Shown: positions 9,404-18,736, counted from the stretch's first letter. The stretch is 64,000 nt of DNA from an uncultured Candidatus Peribacteria bacterium (GCA_964441065.1 CAYTWD010000001.1:73285-137284), one strand, 5' to 3'. Program-made: numbers and translations. Notes: a model not told the origin generated them from the letters alone.

Positions 9404-10933
9404 ATGAGTAATAAAAACACACTCACTACCGATCTCAAAGTTTTACGAGAGCAAAGAATTAACGATGATTTATTTGGAGTTAAGTTTGGAGTCGAGGTGA
9501 ATGATGAAGAAGGAAAACCGGTTCAATGGCAACCATTCAAACTAAACGCAGATGGTGAAATTATTATAGACTCCATGACAGATGATGAGGGCAAATTTGA
9601 AGGGCAAAAGGTTTTAAATATCAGAAAAGGGACGCAGAGGAAGGTGGAATTGGTTTTAGAAAGTGGAGAGGTTATCGCAACTGTAAATATTCCTCAAGTG
9701 AAAGACAATGGGTCTTCAGATCTGGCGCAGTCAGATAGGCTGGCTCAGGAAGTACAACATATAGAGCTCAATATTCAGAATGGAGAAGTAAAATTATTAA
9801 AGGAAGGTGTGTACAAGATAGATAGTGATATTCTTATAGATGAGGATAGTCGTTTAATTATCGAACCAGGAACTCGGTTAGAGTTCTCAGAAGGTGCTGG
9901 GATTTTCTCCAGAGGCAAATTAATTGTGGTAGGAACTAAAGAAAAACCAATTATATTTACAAACGATAAAGAGCAAGGGAAATCCTGGAGAAATATATGT
10001 CTTGTTGGAAAGGGATCGGTTGGTAGTTCATTAAAACATTGCATAGTTGAAAATGGCAGGGGAGGACGAGAGATTCAAATGAGATCAGGTACATATAGAC
10101 TATACGACAGCATTAACCATGACGTAGATAAAGGATCTGGATATGGAGCTGGAATTTTTATTGCATACACGGGTTTAGTAGATTTTGAGGGTGGTGATGA
10201 CACGTTAATTTGTATGGACCATGTGGTATTAAGAAATAATGCCTGTACATGGGGTGGTGGGATTCAAATCATTTATGGCTCGTTGAAGATATCAAATTCA
10301 GAAATTATTAATAATCAATCAAGTGGTGATGCTGGAGGTATCGGTATTGATAATTCAAGGGTAAAAATTATTGATTCAGTTGTCAAATGCAATGCTGGTG
10401 AAAATGGTGGCGGTATAAATGTAGGATCCCAGTCAATTATAAAAATGATAAACAGTACTGTAACTGAAAATAGGACAACTGGTAAACAAGGTATGGGCGG
10501 TGGAATTAGAATTGGAGGGGGAAATTCAAGATTTGAAATACGAGATTCAGAAGTAAGCCAAAATGCCTCATATTTTGATGCTGGTATTTCCAGTCACGGT
10601 GCGAGAAGTATTATTATTGCTAAAACAAGAGTCGTTAACAACACTGCAGAAGATGGGCCCAGCTCTATAGGATTTATGGATGACACATTTATAACTTTAG
10701 ATGATGTGGAAATATCTGGAAATCATGCAAATGGAGTAGGAGGCAGCGGTCACACAATTTGCACACATTTCGCATCATATAACCCAAATTTAACAATCAA
10801 AAATCTAAGAGTCATAGACAACATAAATGATGTAAACAAAGGCACGATTCAAGATGCACATGGTATTTTTAAAGAGGCTGTTAGAGACGGGCGTTGTGTA
10901 ATGACAGGCAACACATCAAGAAATTTCAATTAA
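9404..10933 (+). CDS. Right-handed parallel beta-helix (PbH1) repeat protein with a distinct N-terminal domain of about 100 aa
   Basis: 509 aa. Repeated N-x-(S/A/T)..GGGI coils (NNQSSGDAGGIGIDNSRVKIIDSVV, NAGENGGGINVGSQSIIKMINSTV, GMGGGIRIGGGNSRFEIRDSEV) are typical of pectin-lyase-fold proteins. Confidence 0.7.
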   Translation: MSNKNTLTTDLKVLREQRINDDLFGVKFGVEVNDEEGKPVQWQPFKLNADGEIIIDSMTDDEGKFEGQKVLNIRKGTQRKVELVLESGEVIATVNIPQVKDNGSSDLAQSDRLAQEVQHIELNIQNGEVKLLKEGVYKIDSDILIDEDSRLIIEPGTRLEFSEGAGIFSRGKLIVVGTKEKPIIFTNDKEQGKSWRNICLVGKGSVGSSLKHCIVENGRGGREIQMRSGTYRLYDSINHDVDKGSGYGAGIFIAYTGLVDFEGGDDTLICMDHVVLRNNACTWGGGIQIIYGSLKISNSEIINNQSSGDAGGIGIDNSRVKIIDSVVKCNAGENGGGINVGSQSIIKMINSTVTENRTTGKQGMGGGIRIGGGNSRFEIRDSEVSQNASYFDAGISSHGARSIIIAKTRVVNNTAEDGPSSIGFMDDTFITLDDVEISGNHANGVGGSGHTICTHFASYNPNLTIKNLRVIDNINDVNKGTIQDAHGIFKEAVRDGRCVMTGNTSRNFN

Positions 10934-10942
10934 TCATCCAAT

Positions 10943-12506
10943 ATGAAAAATATACCCACGACTGATCTAAAAATCCTACGAGAGCAAAGAATTAACGATG
11001 ATTTGTTTGGTGTTAAGTTTGGTGTTGAAGTGAAAGATGCAGAAGGGAAACTGGTTCAATGGCAACCATTCAAACTCAACACAGATGGTGAAATTATTAT
11101 AGACTCAATGACAGATGATGAGGGCAAATTTGAAGGACAAAAAGTTTTAAATATTAGAAAAGGTACGCAGAGGAAAGTCGAGTTGGTTTTAGAAAGTGGT
11201 GAAGTTGTAGCAATTATAAGTATTCCTATTGAGAATGAAGGTGAAGTTGTCACCGGAGAAAATCTAAGACCTGAAGTAGAGTTAATCGACAATCTTGAAT
11301 TAAGTGTTAAAGCAGGAGAAACTAAAACTTTGAAGGAAGGAATTCATAAGATTGAAAAAGATATTCTTGTAGAAAAAGGAGGTAGGCTAGTAATTGAACC
11401 TGGTGCAAAATTAGAGTTCTCAGAAGAGGCTGGAATAATTTCAATGGGGAAATTAATCGCGGTAGGAACTGCAGAAAAACAGATTATATTTACAAATGAT
11501 CCTGAAAAAGGAAAATCCTGGAGAAATATTTGTATTTTTGGAAGAAGAACAGTTGGTAGTAGGTTAGAACATTGTGTGATTACTAATGGGACGGGGATAT
11601 AGTCTGAATACAGATACCGAAACCTCTATAGAAACCTTTAGTCTAGAAGTGAGAAAAGATTTGCCTATAATGAACTTTGGTGGAGGGTTATTTATTTTAG
11701 CCACAGGTAAAATAAATCTCACCGATTCAGATATTGAAGACGGCGATATTATAAGAGTAGGTAATATTGAAGTTCATAGTAATAGTGCTTACTCTGGAGG
11801 AGGCATCGCTATAATTAATAGTTCAGTGAAAATTGATAATTCTAAGATTGAAGAAAATAAATCAAACCAAGATGGCGGTGGAATTATAATTTTGACTGCC
11901 AACGTAACAATAAAGAATTCATATATCTCAACGAATCAAACCTTAGATGGTGGTGGTGGTATTTGCTGTGAGCAAAATTCAAACTTAAGAATTGATTCAT
12001 CTACAATAAACAAAAACGCAAGCCATAATAATATAAGAAATGATAGCGGTGGTGGTATTGCAGTTAGTGATATATATAAATTGGAGATAGTTGATTCGAA
12101 AATTACTGGGAACAACTCTTTCTGGAGTGCTGGATTATCTATTTCTAAGTCCACGAATGTAGTTATCAAAAGATCCACTATATCACAAAATACTGCTGAT
12201 GATGCAGTAGGTGGAATGAGTATAAATTATGGTGAGTATATAATAATAGATGATGTAGAAATTTCTCAAAATGTAAGTAGAGGTCAACAAGGATTATCTA
12301 AATCTGCAACTGCAATACATATTCATTACCATCCCAATAGTCCTTACTATAATATAAGAAATTTAAGAATTTATGATAACATTAGTAATGTAAATAGATA
12401 TGGTGTGATGAATAGTGTAATTGATGGAGATATTGATGAAATAAAGGAAGCAGTTAACAAAGGCAACTGCATATTGAGAGGAAATATACCAAGAGATTTC
12501 GATTGA
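10943..12506 (+). pseudogene. Tandem paralog of the beta-helix protein, split into two ORFs (10943-11602 and 11586-12506) by a +1 frame change
   Basis: ORF a ends ..HCVITNGTGI* and ORF b starts MGRGYSLNT... The upstream paralog reads HCIVENGRGGRE straight through the same point. One extra base within ggga (11588-11591) explains the shift. It could be a true pseudogene, a sequencing error or a recoding site. Confidence 0.55.
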
Positions 12507-12529
12507 TTGAGTTCTTCCTTAAAACTCAA
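12507..12529 (+). terminator. Hairpin directly after the beta-helix paralog stop codon
   Basis: ttgagtt (12507-12513) pairs with aactcaa (12523-12529), giving a 7-bp stem and 9-nt loop. A T-run (catttttttt) follows about 10 nt later, so this is not a textbook intrinsic terminator. Confidence 0.3.
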
Positions 12530-12580
12530 ATTTCACCAATCATTTTTTTAGGCTATAATCCTCCAGCCTAATCATTTTAT

Positions 12581-13819
12581 ATGTCCCGCCGTCCGAAGTT
12601 TGATCATCTGTTATTGTTTGCGGTTCTTGCGATTGTTGTGATTGGGGTTGTGATGATTACGAGTATTGGAGTGCCGAAGTCGATTTCATTGTCTGCGCCG
12701 GATTTGCAGTATCCGGATTGTTCTGATGACGCGGTGGATTGTTATTTAGTTTTGAAGAAACATTTGATTCGTGTTGTGATTGGATTGGTTTTTATGCTCG
12801 GGGCTTTTAAGATGAATTTTAAACATTGGAAAAAGCTATCGGTAATTATTTATGGAGGAGGTTTGGCTTTGCTACTTGTGCTTTTTGCACTTGGGAAAGC
12901 GAATAATACTTTTGCAACAAGTTGGTTAAATTTTTCTTCAATTCCGCTTATTGACTCTCTTCAGCCGTCGGAGATTGCAAAGTTCGGTTTGGTGATTTAT
13001 TTAAGTATGATTTTTGCAGATAAACTTTCTCAAGAAAAAATTGAGGATTTTAAGGAGGGATTTGGTAAGTTTTGTTTGATTTCGGGCGCCGTGATTTTGC
13101 CGATTCTACTTCAGCCGGACATTGGTTCTGCTATGATTGTGGGATTTATTGCCGTGGCGATTTATTTTTTAGCGGGGGCGAACTGGAAACATCTTGCAAT
13201 CGGCGCCATGTTGGCGCTGATTTTCGCGCTTGCGGCCGGTAGTGTTAGCGAAAGAGTTTCACAAAGATTCACAGCATTTTTTGCTCCGACAGCGGAATGT
13301 GGAGAAGGTTTTTGTTGGCAAGCAAAGCAGGCAAATATTGCGATTGGAAGCGGCGGACCTTGGGGCAAAGGTTTGACTCAAGGAATTCAGAAATCATATT
13401 GGCTTCCGCAAGCAACTGACGATTTTATTTTTGCGGCTTCGGCGGAAGAATTGGGCTTTTTCAGAATTGCAATTTTGGTTTTACTATATGCAACTATCGC
13501 TTATCGAGGTTATAAAATTGCAAATCACGCTCCGAACAAATTCGCCATGTTGATGGCTACCGGATTAACGACGTGGATTTGTGTGCAGGCTTTCGTTAAT
13601 ATAATGGTAAACACATCGCTCTTCCCGATAACGGGAATTACTCTGCCATTTATGAGCTATGGTGGCTCGTCGATGGTGACATCATTGCTGGCGATGGGCG
13701 TGCTACTGAATATTTCAAAATATACAACTGAAAATGCCTATACTTTTGACAGGAGGGGGTACAGCGGGTCACGTTCTGCCCAACCTCGCTATAGCCGAAC
13801 TTATATCACAAGATACTAA
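12581..13819 (+). CDS. ftsW: SEDS-family peptidoglycan glycosyltransferase FtsW/RodA
   Basis: 412 aa and multi-pass. QPSEIAKF, LLQPDIGSA and PFMSYGGSS motifs are present. Confidence 0.85.
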   Translation: MSRRPKFDHLLLFAVLAIVVIGVVMITSIGVPKSISLSAPDLQYPDCSDDAVDCYLVLKKHLIRVVIGLVFMLGAFKMNFKHWKKLSVIIYGGGLALLLVLFALGKANNTFATSWLNFSSIPLIDSLQPSEIAKFGLVIYLSMIFADKLSQEKIEDFKEGFGKFCLISGAVILPILLQPDIGSAMIVGFIAVAIYFLAGANWKHLAIGAMLALIFALAAGSVSERVSQRFTAFFAPTAECGEGFCWQAKQANIAIGSGGPWGKGLTQGIQKSYWLPQATDDFIFAASAEELGFFRIAILVLLYATIAYRGYKIANHAPNKFAMLMATGLTTWICVQAFVNIMVNTSLFPITGITLPFMSYGGSSMVTSLLAMGVLLNISKYTTENAYTFDRRGYSGSRSAQPRYSRTYITRY

Positions 13820-14735
13820 AGTTTTTTATATTGGCTCCAAAGGCGGACTCGAAGGCGATTTGGTGCGGCGAGCCGGAATTCCTTTTGAATCTATTAGCGT
13901 TGGAAAGTTTCGTCGCTACTTTGATTTGCGGAATTTTCTTGATTTGTTTCGAATTCCAATTGGCGTGGCGCAGGCTTGGTGGAAACTCGGTAGACTGCGG
14001 CCGAATTTGGTTTTCAGCAAAGGAGGATTCGTTGCTTTTCCCGTTGTTGTTGCGGCTTGGATTCGTGGCATTCCGGTGCTGACGCACGAATCAGACGCGG
14101 TTTTAGGTTTGGCAACACGTTTGATCGCGCCTTTCGCGGATAAGGTTTTATTGGGCTTCGACATAGACTGTCCCCGGGGACACTTTGTTGGCAATCCGAT
14201 TAGGAAAGAGTTGCTGACCGGCAATGCAAAAAATGCTCAAAAAATTTGCGGATTCGACGGAAAGCGAAAAGTTCTACTTGTGATGGGTGGAAGCACGGGT
14301 TCCGAGCAGTTAAATAAAGTTGTCTCAGACGAGTTAAAAGAATTAATTAAGCACTTTGATGTTGTACACATAACCGGAAAGGGGAAGGGTCAGTCTACAA
14401 AAAGTCCGCATTATTATTCCGTACCATACATCCACGAAATGGCGGACTTCCTCGCGCTCGCTTCGCTCGCGCTCTCCCGTTCCGGGGCGAATGCTCTCGC
14501 GGAATTGGAAACTTTGCAAATCCCCACACTTTTATATCCGCTCGGCCTCGCTGGAAGTCGCGGAGACCAGCAGGCTAACGCCGCCGCAGTCTCAGCAAAT
14601 TCCACACTTTTCAAGATCGCCGACGAATCAAAATCCGCAATTTCTCAACTCTTAAAACTTCCGTCCCGCCCCGCTAAACAGAAATCAAATCTGGCGCTGG
14701 AAAAAATAGTGAAAATAATAAAAACCTATTTATGA
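13734..14735 (+). CDS. murG: UDP-GlcNAc:lipid I N-acetylglucosaminyltransferase MurG
   Basis: 333 aa. N-terminal LLTGGGTAGHVLPNLAIAE. VLLVMGGSTGSEQLN and the C-terminal GANALAEL..P..L.P motifs are present. Confidence 0.9.
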   Translation: MPILLTGGGTAGHVLPNLAIAELISQDTKVFYIGSKGGLEGDLVRRAGIPFESISVGKFRRYFDLRNFLDLFRIPIGVAQAWWKLGRLRPNLVFSKGGFVAFPVVVAAWIRGIPVLTHESDAVLGLATRLIAPFADKVLLGFDIDCPRGHFVGNPIRKELLTGNAKNAQKICGFDGKRKVLLVMGGSTGSEQLNKVVSDELKELIKHFDVVHITGKGKGQSTKSPHYYSVPYIHEMADFLALASLALSRSGANALAELETLQIPTLLYPLGLAGSRGDQQANAAAVSANSTLFKIADESKSAISQLLKLPSRPAKQKSNLALEKIVKIIKTYL

Positions 14736-15745
14736 AAATCGGATTTCAAGGCTGGTTTTTGTCTCAGCCCTTCACGGGAATCGGTCAGCATTCGCTTGGG
14801 CTAATCAAAGAACTCGCGAAAAAAGCTGACATCACCGCGATCAGCCCAAAACCGATAAAAATTCCGGGCGTAAAAGTAATTGTTATCAAGCCAAAACCCG
14901 GTCCATTAGGAAAATGGTATTGGGAAAGAATTCAAGCTCCGGCCGCCATGGCCACGCTCCAACTTGATATGGAATATTATCCTTATCCCAGTCCTCTTCC
15001 AAAAAAATCTCCACATAAGCGTGCTGTAACCGTGCACGATTTAATTTCGTGGAAAGACGCGCGTTATTTTGGCAATTCGCTCAAACAACTTTATCACAAA
15101 AAATCACGTCACAGCCTTCTTTATGTCGACAAAATTTTCTGTGTTTCGGAGTCGGTTCGTCACGAACTTTGCATTCCTTCCGCAAAAATTCTACCAAACG
15201 CGATTCCCGAAATTCCCAAAAAAATCAGATCAAAACCCGATTCAAATCTTCTGGTTTATCTCGGTGGTTACGACATCCGTAAAAATGTTCCCGAGCTTCT
15301 CAAAGCCTTCAAAAAAATCCAAGCCGATTTTCCAAAAATGAAACTAAAACTTATTGGAAAAGCACATCACAAATCCAAATATTATCCCAAACTTGATCTT
15401 CCAAAAAACGCCGCACCCACCGGAAATATTTCAGATGCAAAAGTCTATGAACTTCTTTCTTCCGCATTCGCGTTTTTGCATTTTTCAGATTCCGAAGGTT
15501 TTAATATTCCGCTTCTACAAGCCATGAGTGTGGGTTGTCCGGCCATCGTCACGGATATTCCTGTCAACCGCGAGGTTTCGCAAAATTCGGCTCTATTTAT
15601 TTCGCCAAAATCGACTCCGCTTGCTATAATAAAAAAGCTTCAAGATTCGGCTTTCCGCAAATCGGTTTCAGCCGAAGAAAAAGCAGCATCCAAAAAATAT
15701 TCATGGAAAAAATCAGCGGAAATATTTTTTAAAGAAATAAAATGA
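14732..15745 (+). CDS. GT4-family (GT-B) glycosyltransferase
   Basis: 337 aa. FSDSEGFNIPLLQAMSVGCPAIVTDIPVNREV matches the E-x7-E region of GT1/GT4 enzymes. ATGA overlap with murG. Confidence 0.75.
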   Translation: MKIGFQGWFLSQPFTGIGQHSLGLIKELAKKADITAISPKPIKIPGVKVIVIKPKPGPLGKWYWERIQAPAAMATLQLDMEYYPYPSPLPKKSPHKRAVTVHDLISWKDARYFGNSLKQLYHKKSRHSLLYVDKIFCVSESVRHELCIPSAKILPNAIPEIPKKIRSKPDSNLLVYLGGYDIRKNVPELLKAFKKIQADFPKMKLKLIGKAHHKSKYYPKLDLPKNAAPTGNISDAKVYELLSSAFAFLHFSDSEGFNIPLLQAMSVGCPAIVTDIPVNREVSQNSALFISPKSTPLAIIKKLQDSAFRKSVSAEEKAASKKYSWKKSAEIFFKEIK

Positions 15746-16272
15746 AATTCTGTTTTCCGGGTCAAAGGAAAGGTGAGGAAGTACTTTTGCTCCTAAAAAA
15801 GCATTGGATAAGTGATTTAAAAGTCATTTCAATTTTTATAATTTTTGGATTGATTCCGATAATTGCTTATCTTTTTTTCGTGATAAAATATTTTCCATCT
15901 AACATCGCTAACAACCAATTAATGGTCCTTTTTATTTTTTCATTTTATTTGCTCTGTGTTTTATTGCTGACTTTTATTTTTTGGCTAAATCACGAACTTG
16001 ATATAATTATTGTGACAAATTTAAGAGTTATTAATCATGATCAAATCGGGTTTTTAACGAGGCAAGTTTCCGAAGCAAATCTAGATCAAATTCAAGATAT
16101 TCGAGGAACTGAACGAGGTTTAATTGAGACGATTTTTCACTTTGGTAAAATTGAAATGAGAACCGCCGCGGACGTTGTTATTTTTAGTCTGCATGATGCT
16201 GAAAACCCTTTTGAAAATTCAAGAAAAGTTCTTGATATACGCGATAAATTTATACATAAATTTAAAAAATGA
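15742..16272 (+). CDS. Membrane protein with a bacterial PH-like (YdbT/DUF304-like) domain
   Basis: 176 aa. Two transmembrane helices are followed by a soluble domain (IIVTNLRVINHDQIGFLTRQVSEANLDQIQDI). Family call from topology and weak motif resemblance. Confidence 0.4.
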   Translation: MKFCFPGQRKGEEVLLLLKKHWISDLKVISIFIIFGLIPIIAYLFFVIKYFPSNIANNQLMVLFIFSFYLLCVLLLTFIFWLNHELDIIIVTNLRVINHDQIGFLTRQVSEANLDQIQDIRGTERGLIETIFHFGKIEMRTAADVVIFSLHDAENPFENSRKVLDIRDKFIHKFKK

Positions 16273-16742
16273 TAGAAAATATTTTCCTGATTATTTTTGC
16301 AATTACCGTCATAATTTTTATTTGGATTTTTTGGTTACGAAACGCCCTGGTTAAAGATTTAAGTGCGGCTTTACAGGTTAAATCAATTTTAAATAAAGAC
16401 TTTGAAAAACGCAGAGACACGATCCCTTATCTTTTGGAGTCTTTTAGAAGTTCAAAAGAACCCAACGATCTTTGGAGAAAACTTTTGGATTTAAGAGCCC
16501 AAATAAATCCACAGGAAAATGAAATTGAGCAGACTTTGCAAAGTTTTTTCACTCAATCGGAAGACATAAAAAACCTCAATTTCCTTGAAGCAAAAAAAAA
16601 TATTTCAGATTTAAATAAGCATATAGAAAGTTCAAAAATCGAAATGAAAGAAAAGGTTCAAGTTTACTCAATACTAAGAAAAAGATTCCCTTATTCGCTT
16701 GCTTCAGCTATATTCTCCCTCCCGGAACTTAGCATTTTATGA
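16269..16742 (+). CDS. LemA-like membrane-anchored protein
   Basis: 157 aa with an N-terminal transmembrane helix. LRNALV....FEKRRDTIPYLLESFR resembles the LemA RRxDLIPNLVE core. Confidence 0.45.
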   Translation: MIENIFLIIFAITVIIFIWIFWLRNALVKDLSAALQVKSILNKDFEKRRDTIPYLLESFRSSKEPNDLWRKLLDLRAQINPQENEIEQTLQSFFTQSEDIKNLNFLEAKKNISDLNKHIESSKIEMKEKVQVYSILRKRFPYSLASAIFSLPELSIL

Positions 16743-18097
16743 AGTATCACATCAAAACCTTCGGTTGCGCCATGAATTATTCAGATTCAGAGCGCGTTGC
16801 CAGCGTTCTTGAACGAATTGGATACACTCCAACTTCGAGCGAAAAATCAGCGGATATTCTCATTTACAACACCTGCCAGATCAAACAAAAAGCAGAAGAT
16901 AAACTTTTTGGTCTACGCAAACAAATCGCCGCACTAAAAAAAGACAACAAAAATCTGAAAGTGACCGTGACAGGTTGCATGGTTCGAACTTCTTCAACTC
17001 AAATTGATTCCAAAATTGACGATATTTTAAAACGTATGCCGGAAGTTGATTTTGTTTTTAGAATTGAAGATGTGGCAAAACTTCCGGATCTCTTAAAAAC
17101 AGTCGATCCAACAATGCAATTTGAAGATGATATTGAAGATGGAACTCTTGAAAACTACTTCAAAATTAATCCAAAAAAAACCTCAAACTCAGCAGTTTTT
17201 GTGCCGATTTCCAACGGTTGCGATAAATTCTGCACATATTGCATTGTGCCTTTCACGCGTGGTCGCGAAGCCAGCCGTGATTTCAATGAAATTGTTGAAG
17301 AATGTCGACGCCACGTTGAAGAAGGAGCGATCGAAATTACACTCGTTGGTCAAACCGTAAACTCCTACGGTCTTTCTTTTAACGATAAAAAATCCGGAAA
17401 ATTTGCAGAGTTTGGCAAAAGTCCTTTCGCAACTTTACTCCGAGAAATCGACAAACTTTATGAACTCGGTTTGCGTCGACTTCGTTTCACTTCTCCACAT
17501 CCGCGCGATTTTTTTGATGAGCTAATTCTGGCAATGGCGGAACTTCGCACAATCTGTCCTTATGTTCACATGCCTGTGCAAGCCGGCGACGACAGAGTTC
17601 TTCGTCGCATGAACAGAAATTATAAAACCGCCGAATACAAAGACATTATGAACAAGCTCAAAAAAGCGATTCCAAATATTGCAATCTCCACGGATATAAT
17701 TGTTGGATTTTGCGGCGAAACAGAAGAAGAATTCCAAAATACTTTGAATATGTATCGCGAAATGGAGTGGGATTTTTGTTTTAATAACCGTTATTCACCA
17801 CGAAAGGGAACCTACTCTCACAAAAAGCTGGAAGACACGGTCTCTCCTCAAGAAAAAGCTCGTCGTTGGCATGAATTGAATTCGCTTGTGAAAGAAATTT
17901 CGAATAGAAAACACAAAGCTTTCATCAATAAAAATGTGGAAGTTTTGGTCGAACAGCAAATCGGCCAACATTGCATCGGCCGCTCGCGTGAAAATAAAGA
18001 AGTACACTTTATGTCCGGCAGAAAAATGGTCGGCCAATTGGCAAATGTGCTAGTGAAAAATTCCGGCGACTGGCATTTGGATGCCGAACTTATTTAA
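16739..18097 (+). CDS. miaB: tRNA-i6A37 methylthiotransferase (radical SAM) MiaB
   Basis: 452 aa. IKTFGCAMNYSDSE (UPF0004 domain), the radical SAM motif CDKFCTYCIVPFTRGRE, and a C-terminal TRAM-like region. Confidence 0.9.
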   Translation: MKYHIKTFGCAMNYSDSERVASVLERIGYTPTSSEKSADILIYNTCQIKQKAEDKLFGLRKQIAALKKDNKNLKVTVTGCMVRTSSTQIDSKIDDILKRMPEVDFVFRIEDVAKLPDLLKTVDPTMQFEDDIEDGTLENYFKINPKKTSNSAVFVPISNGCDKFCTYCIVPFTRGREASRDFNEIVEECRRHVEEGAIEITLVGQTVNSYGLSFNDKKSGKFAEFGKSPFATLLREIDKLYELGLRRLRFTSPHPRDFFDELILAMAELRTICPYVHMPVQAGDDRVLRRMNRNYKTAEYKDIMNKLKKAIPNIAISTDIIVGFCGETEEEFQNTLNMYREMEWDFCFNNRYSPRKGTYSHKKLEDTVSPQEKARRWHELNSLVKEISNRKHKAFINKNVEVLVEQQIGQHCIGRSRENKEVHFMSGRKMVGQLANVLVKNSGDWHLDAELI

Positions 18098-18488
18098 CAG
18101 AGTTCATGACTTCGTATCCGGCTTTTATACAATCCTCCTGATTTTCTGTTATGGCAGGCACTATTTCAACAATAGTGAGACCTTCCGCGGGATCTCCAAA
18201 ATCTTTAATTATTCGTCGAACAAAATCTTTGCCGTCGATTTTTTCTTTTGTAACGACTGCTCCATTTTCACCATCTTCATAAGTAAAATCTTTTCCCATT
18301 TCGCCCTTTCCACCCGCATCCAAATACAACCCGCAATATTCATCTGACTTCATAACTAACTCACGAGTTTCTGCGTAATAATCCCAAATCTTAGTGTCGT
18401 AAGTTGCCGAGTACGAAGAAAACTCAACAGTCTTCATGCAACCTGTAAGTAGCAATCCCGCCGCAAAAATTAGGAACATCTTTTTCAT
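18090..18488 (-). CDS. Small lipoprotein, function unknown
   Basis: 132 aa with signal peptide plus lipobox MKKMFLIFAAGLLLTGC. Confidence 0.6.
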   Translation of the reverse strand: MKKMFLIFAAGLLLTGCMKTVEFSSYSATYDTKIWDYYAETRELVMKSDEYCGLYLDAGGKGEMGKDFTYEDGENGAVVTKEKIDGKDFVRRIIKDFGDPAEGLTIVEIVPAITENQEDCIKAGYEVMNSVK

Positions 18489-18560
18489 AAATTTACACTA
18501 AACCTCTTTTCTCTCACTTTCAAATTAATCGCATGTGCAATGCTTGTTCGACATGATTCT

Positions 18561-18585
18561 CTTATTGCAACCGTGTTACAATAAG
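18561..18585. promoter_or_regulatory. Palindromic site 1, cTTATTGcAAC-cgt-GTTACAATAAg
   Basis: 11-bp arms with one mismatch and a 3-nt spacer, about 75-95 nt upstream of the lipoprotein gene start at 18488. Confidence 0.4.
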
Positions 18586-18625
18586 CAGGTTAGCATTGTA
18601 TTGTTGTTGAAAATCTCATCAGGTT

Positions 18626-18650
18626 GATATTGTAACTGAGTTACAATAAG
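18626..18650. promoter_or_regulatory. Palindromic site 2, gaTATTGTAAC-tga-GTTACAATAag
   Basis: Same half-site as site 1 (9-bp perfect arms, 3-nt spacer). Centres are 65 bp apart. Confidence 0.4.
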
Positions 18651-18712
18651 AAAAACTACATGAATCGGGCTATTTTAGGCGAGAGAGATTGACCAACTTT
18701 CACATTGAGGTC

Positions 18713-18736
18713 TAATCCGTGCGCGGGCACAGATTA
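18713..18736 (-). terminator. Hairpin immediately after the stop codon of the TrmB-like gene
   Basis: taatc-c-gtgc-gcgg-gcac-a-gatta forms 9 bp with one internal mismatch. No U-tract follows, so its role as a terminator is uncertain. Confidence 0.3.

Noticed and set aside
9425-11225. Diversity-generating retroelement (template/variable repeat) explanation for the near-identical N-terminal regions of the beta-helix paralogs
   Set aside because: The mismatches between the two copies involve all base types (g/a, t/a, c/a, t/c), not specifically adenines of one copy. No reverse transcriptase gene is present in the window. Plain duplication or gene conversion fits better.
13806-14614. Minus-strand ORFs of 66-102 aa inside murG
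   Set aside because: The region is locally GC-rich, which suppresses stop codons on the antisense strand. MurG motifs occupy the plus frame throughout.
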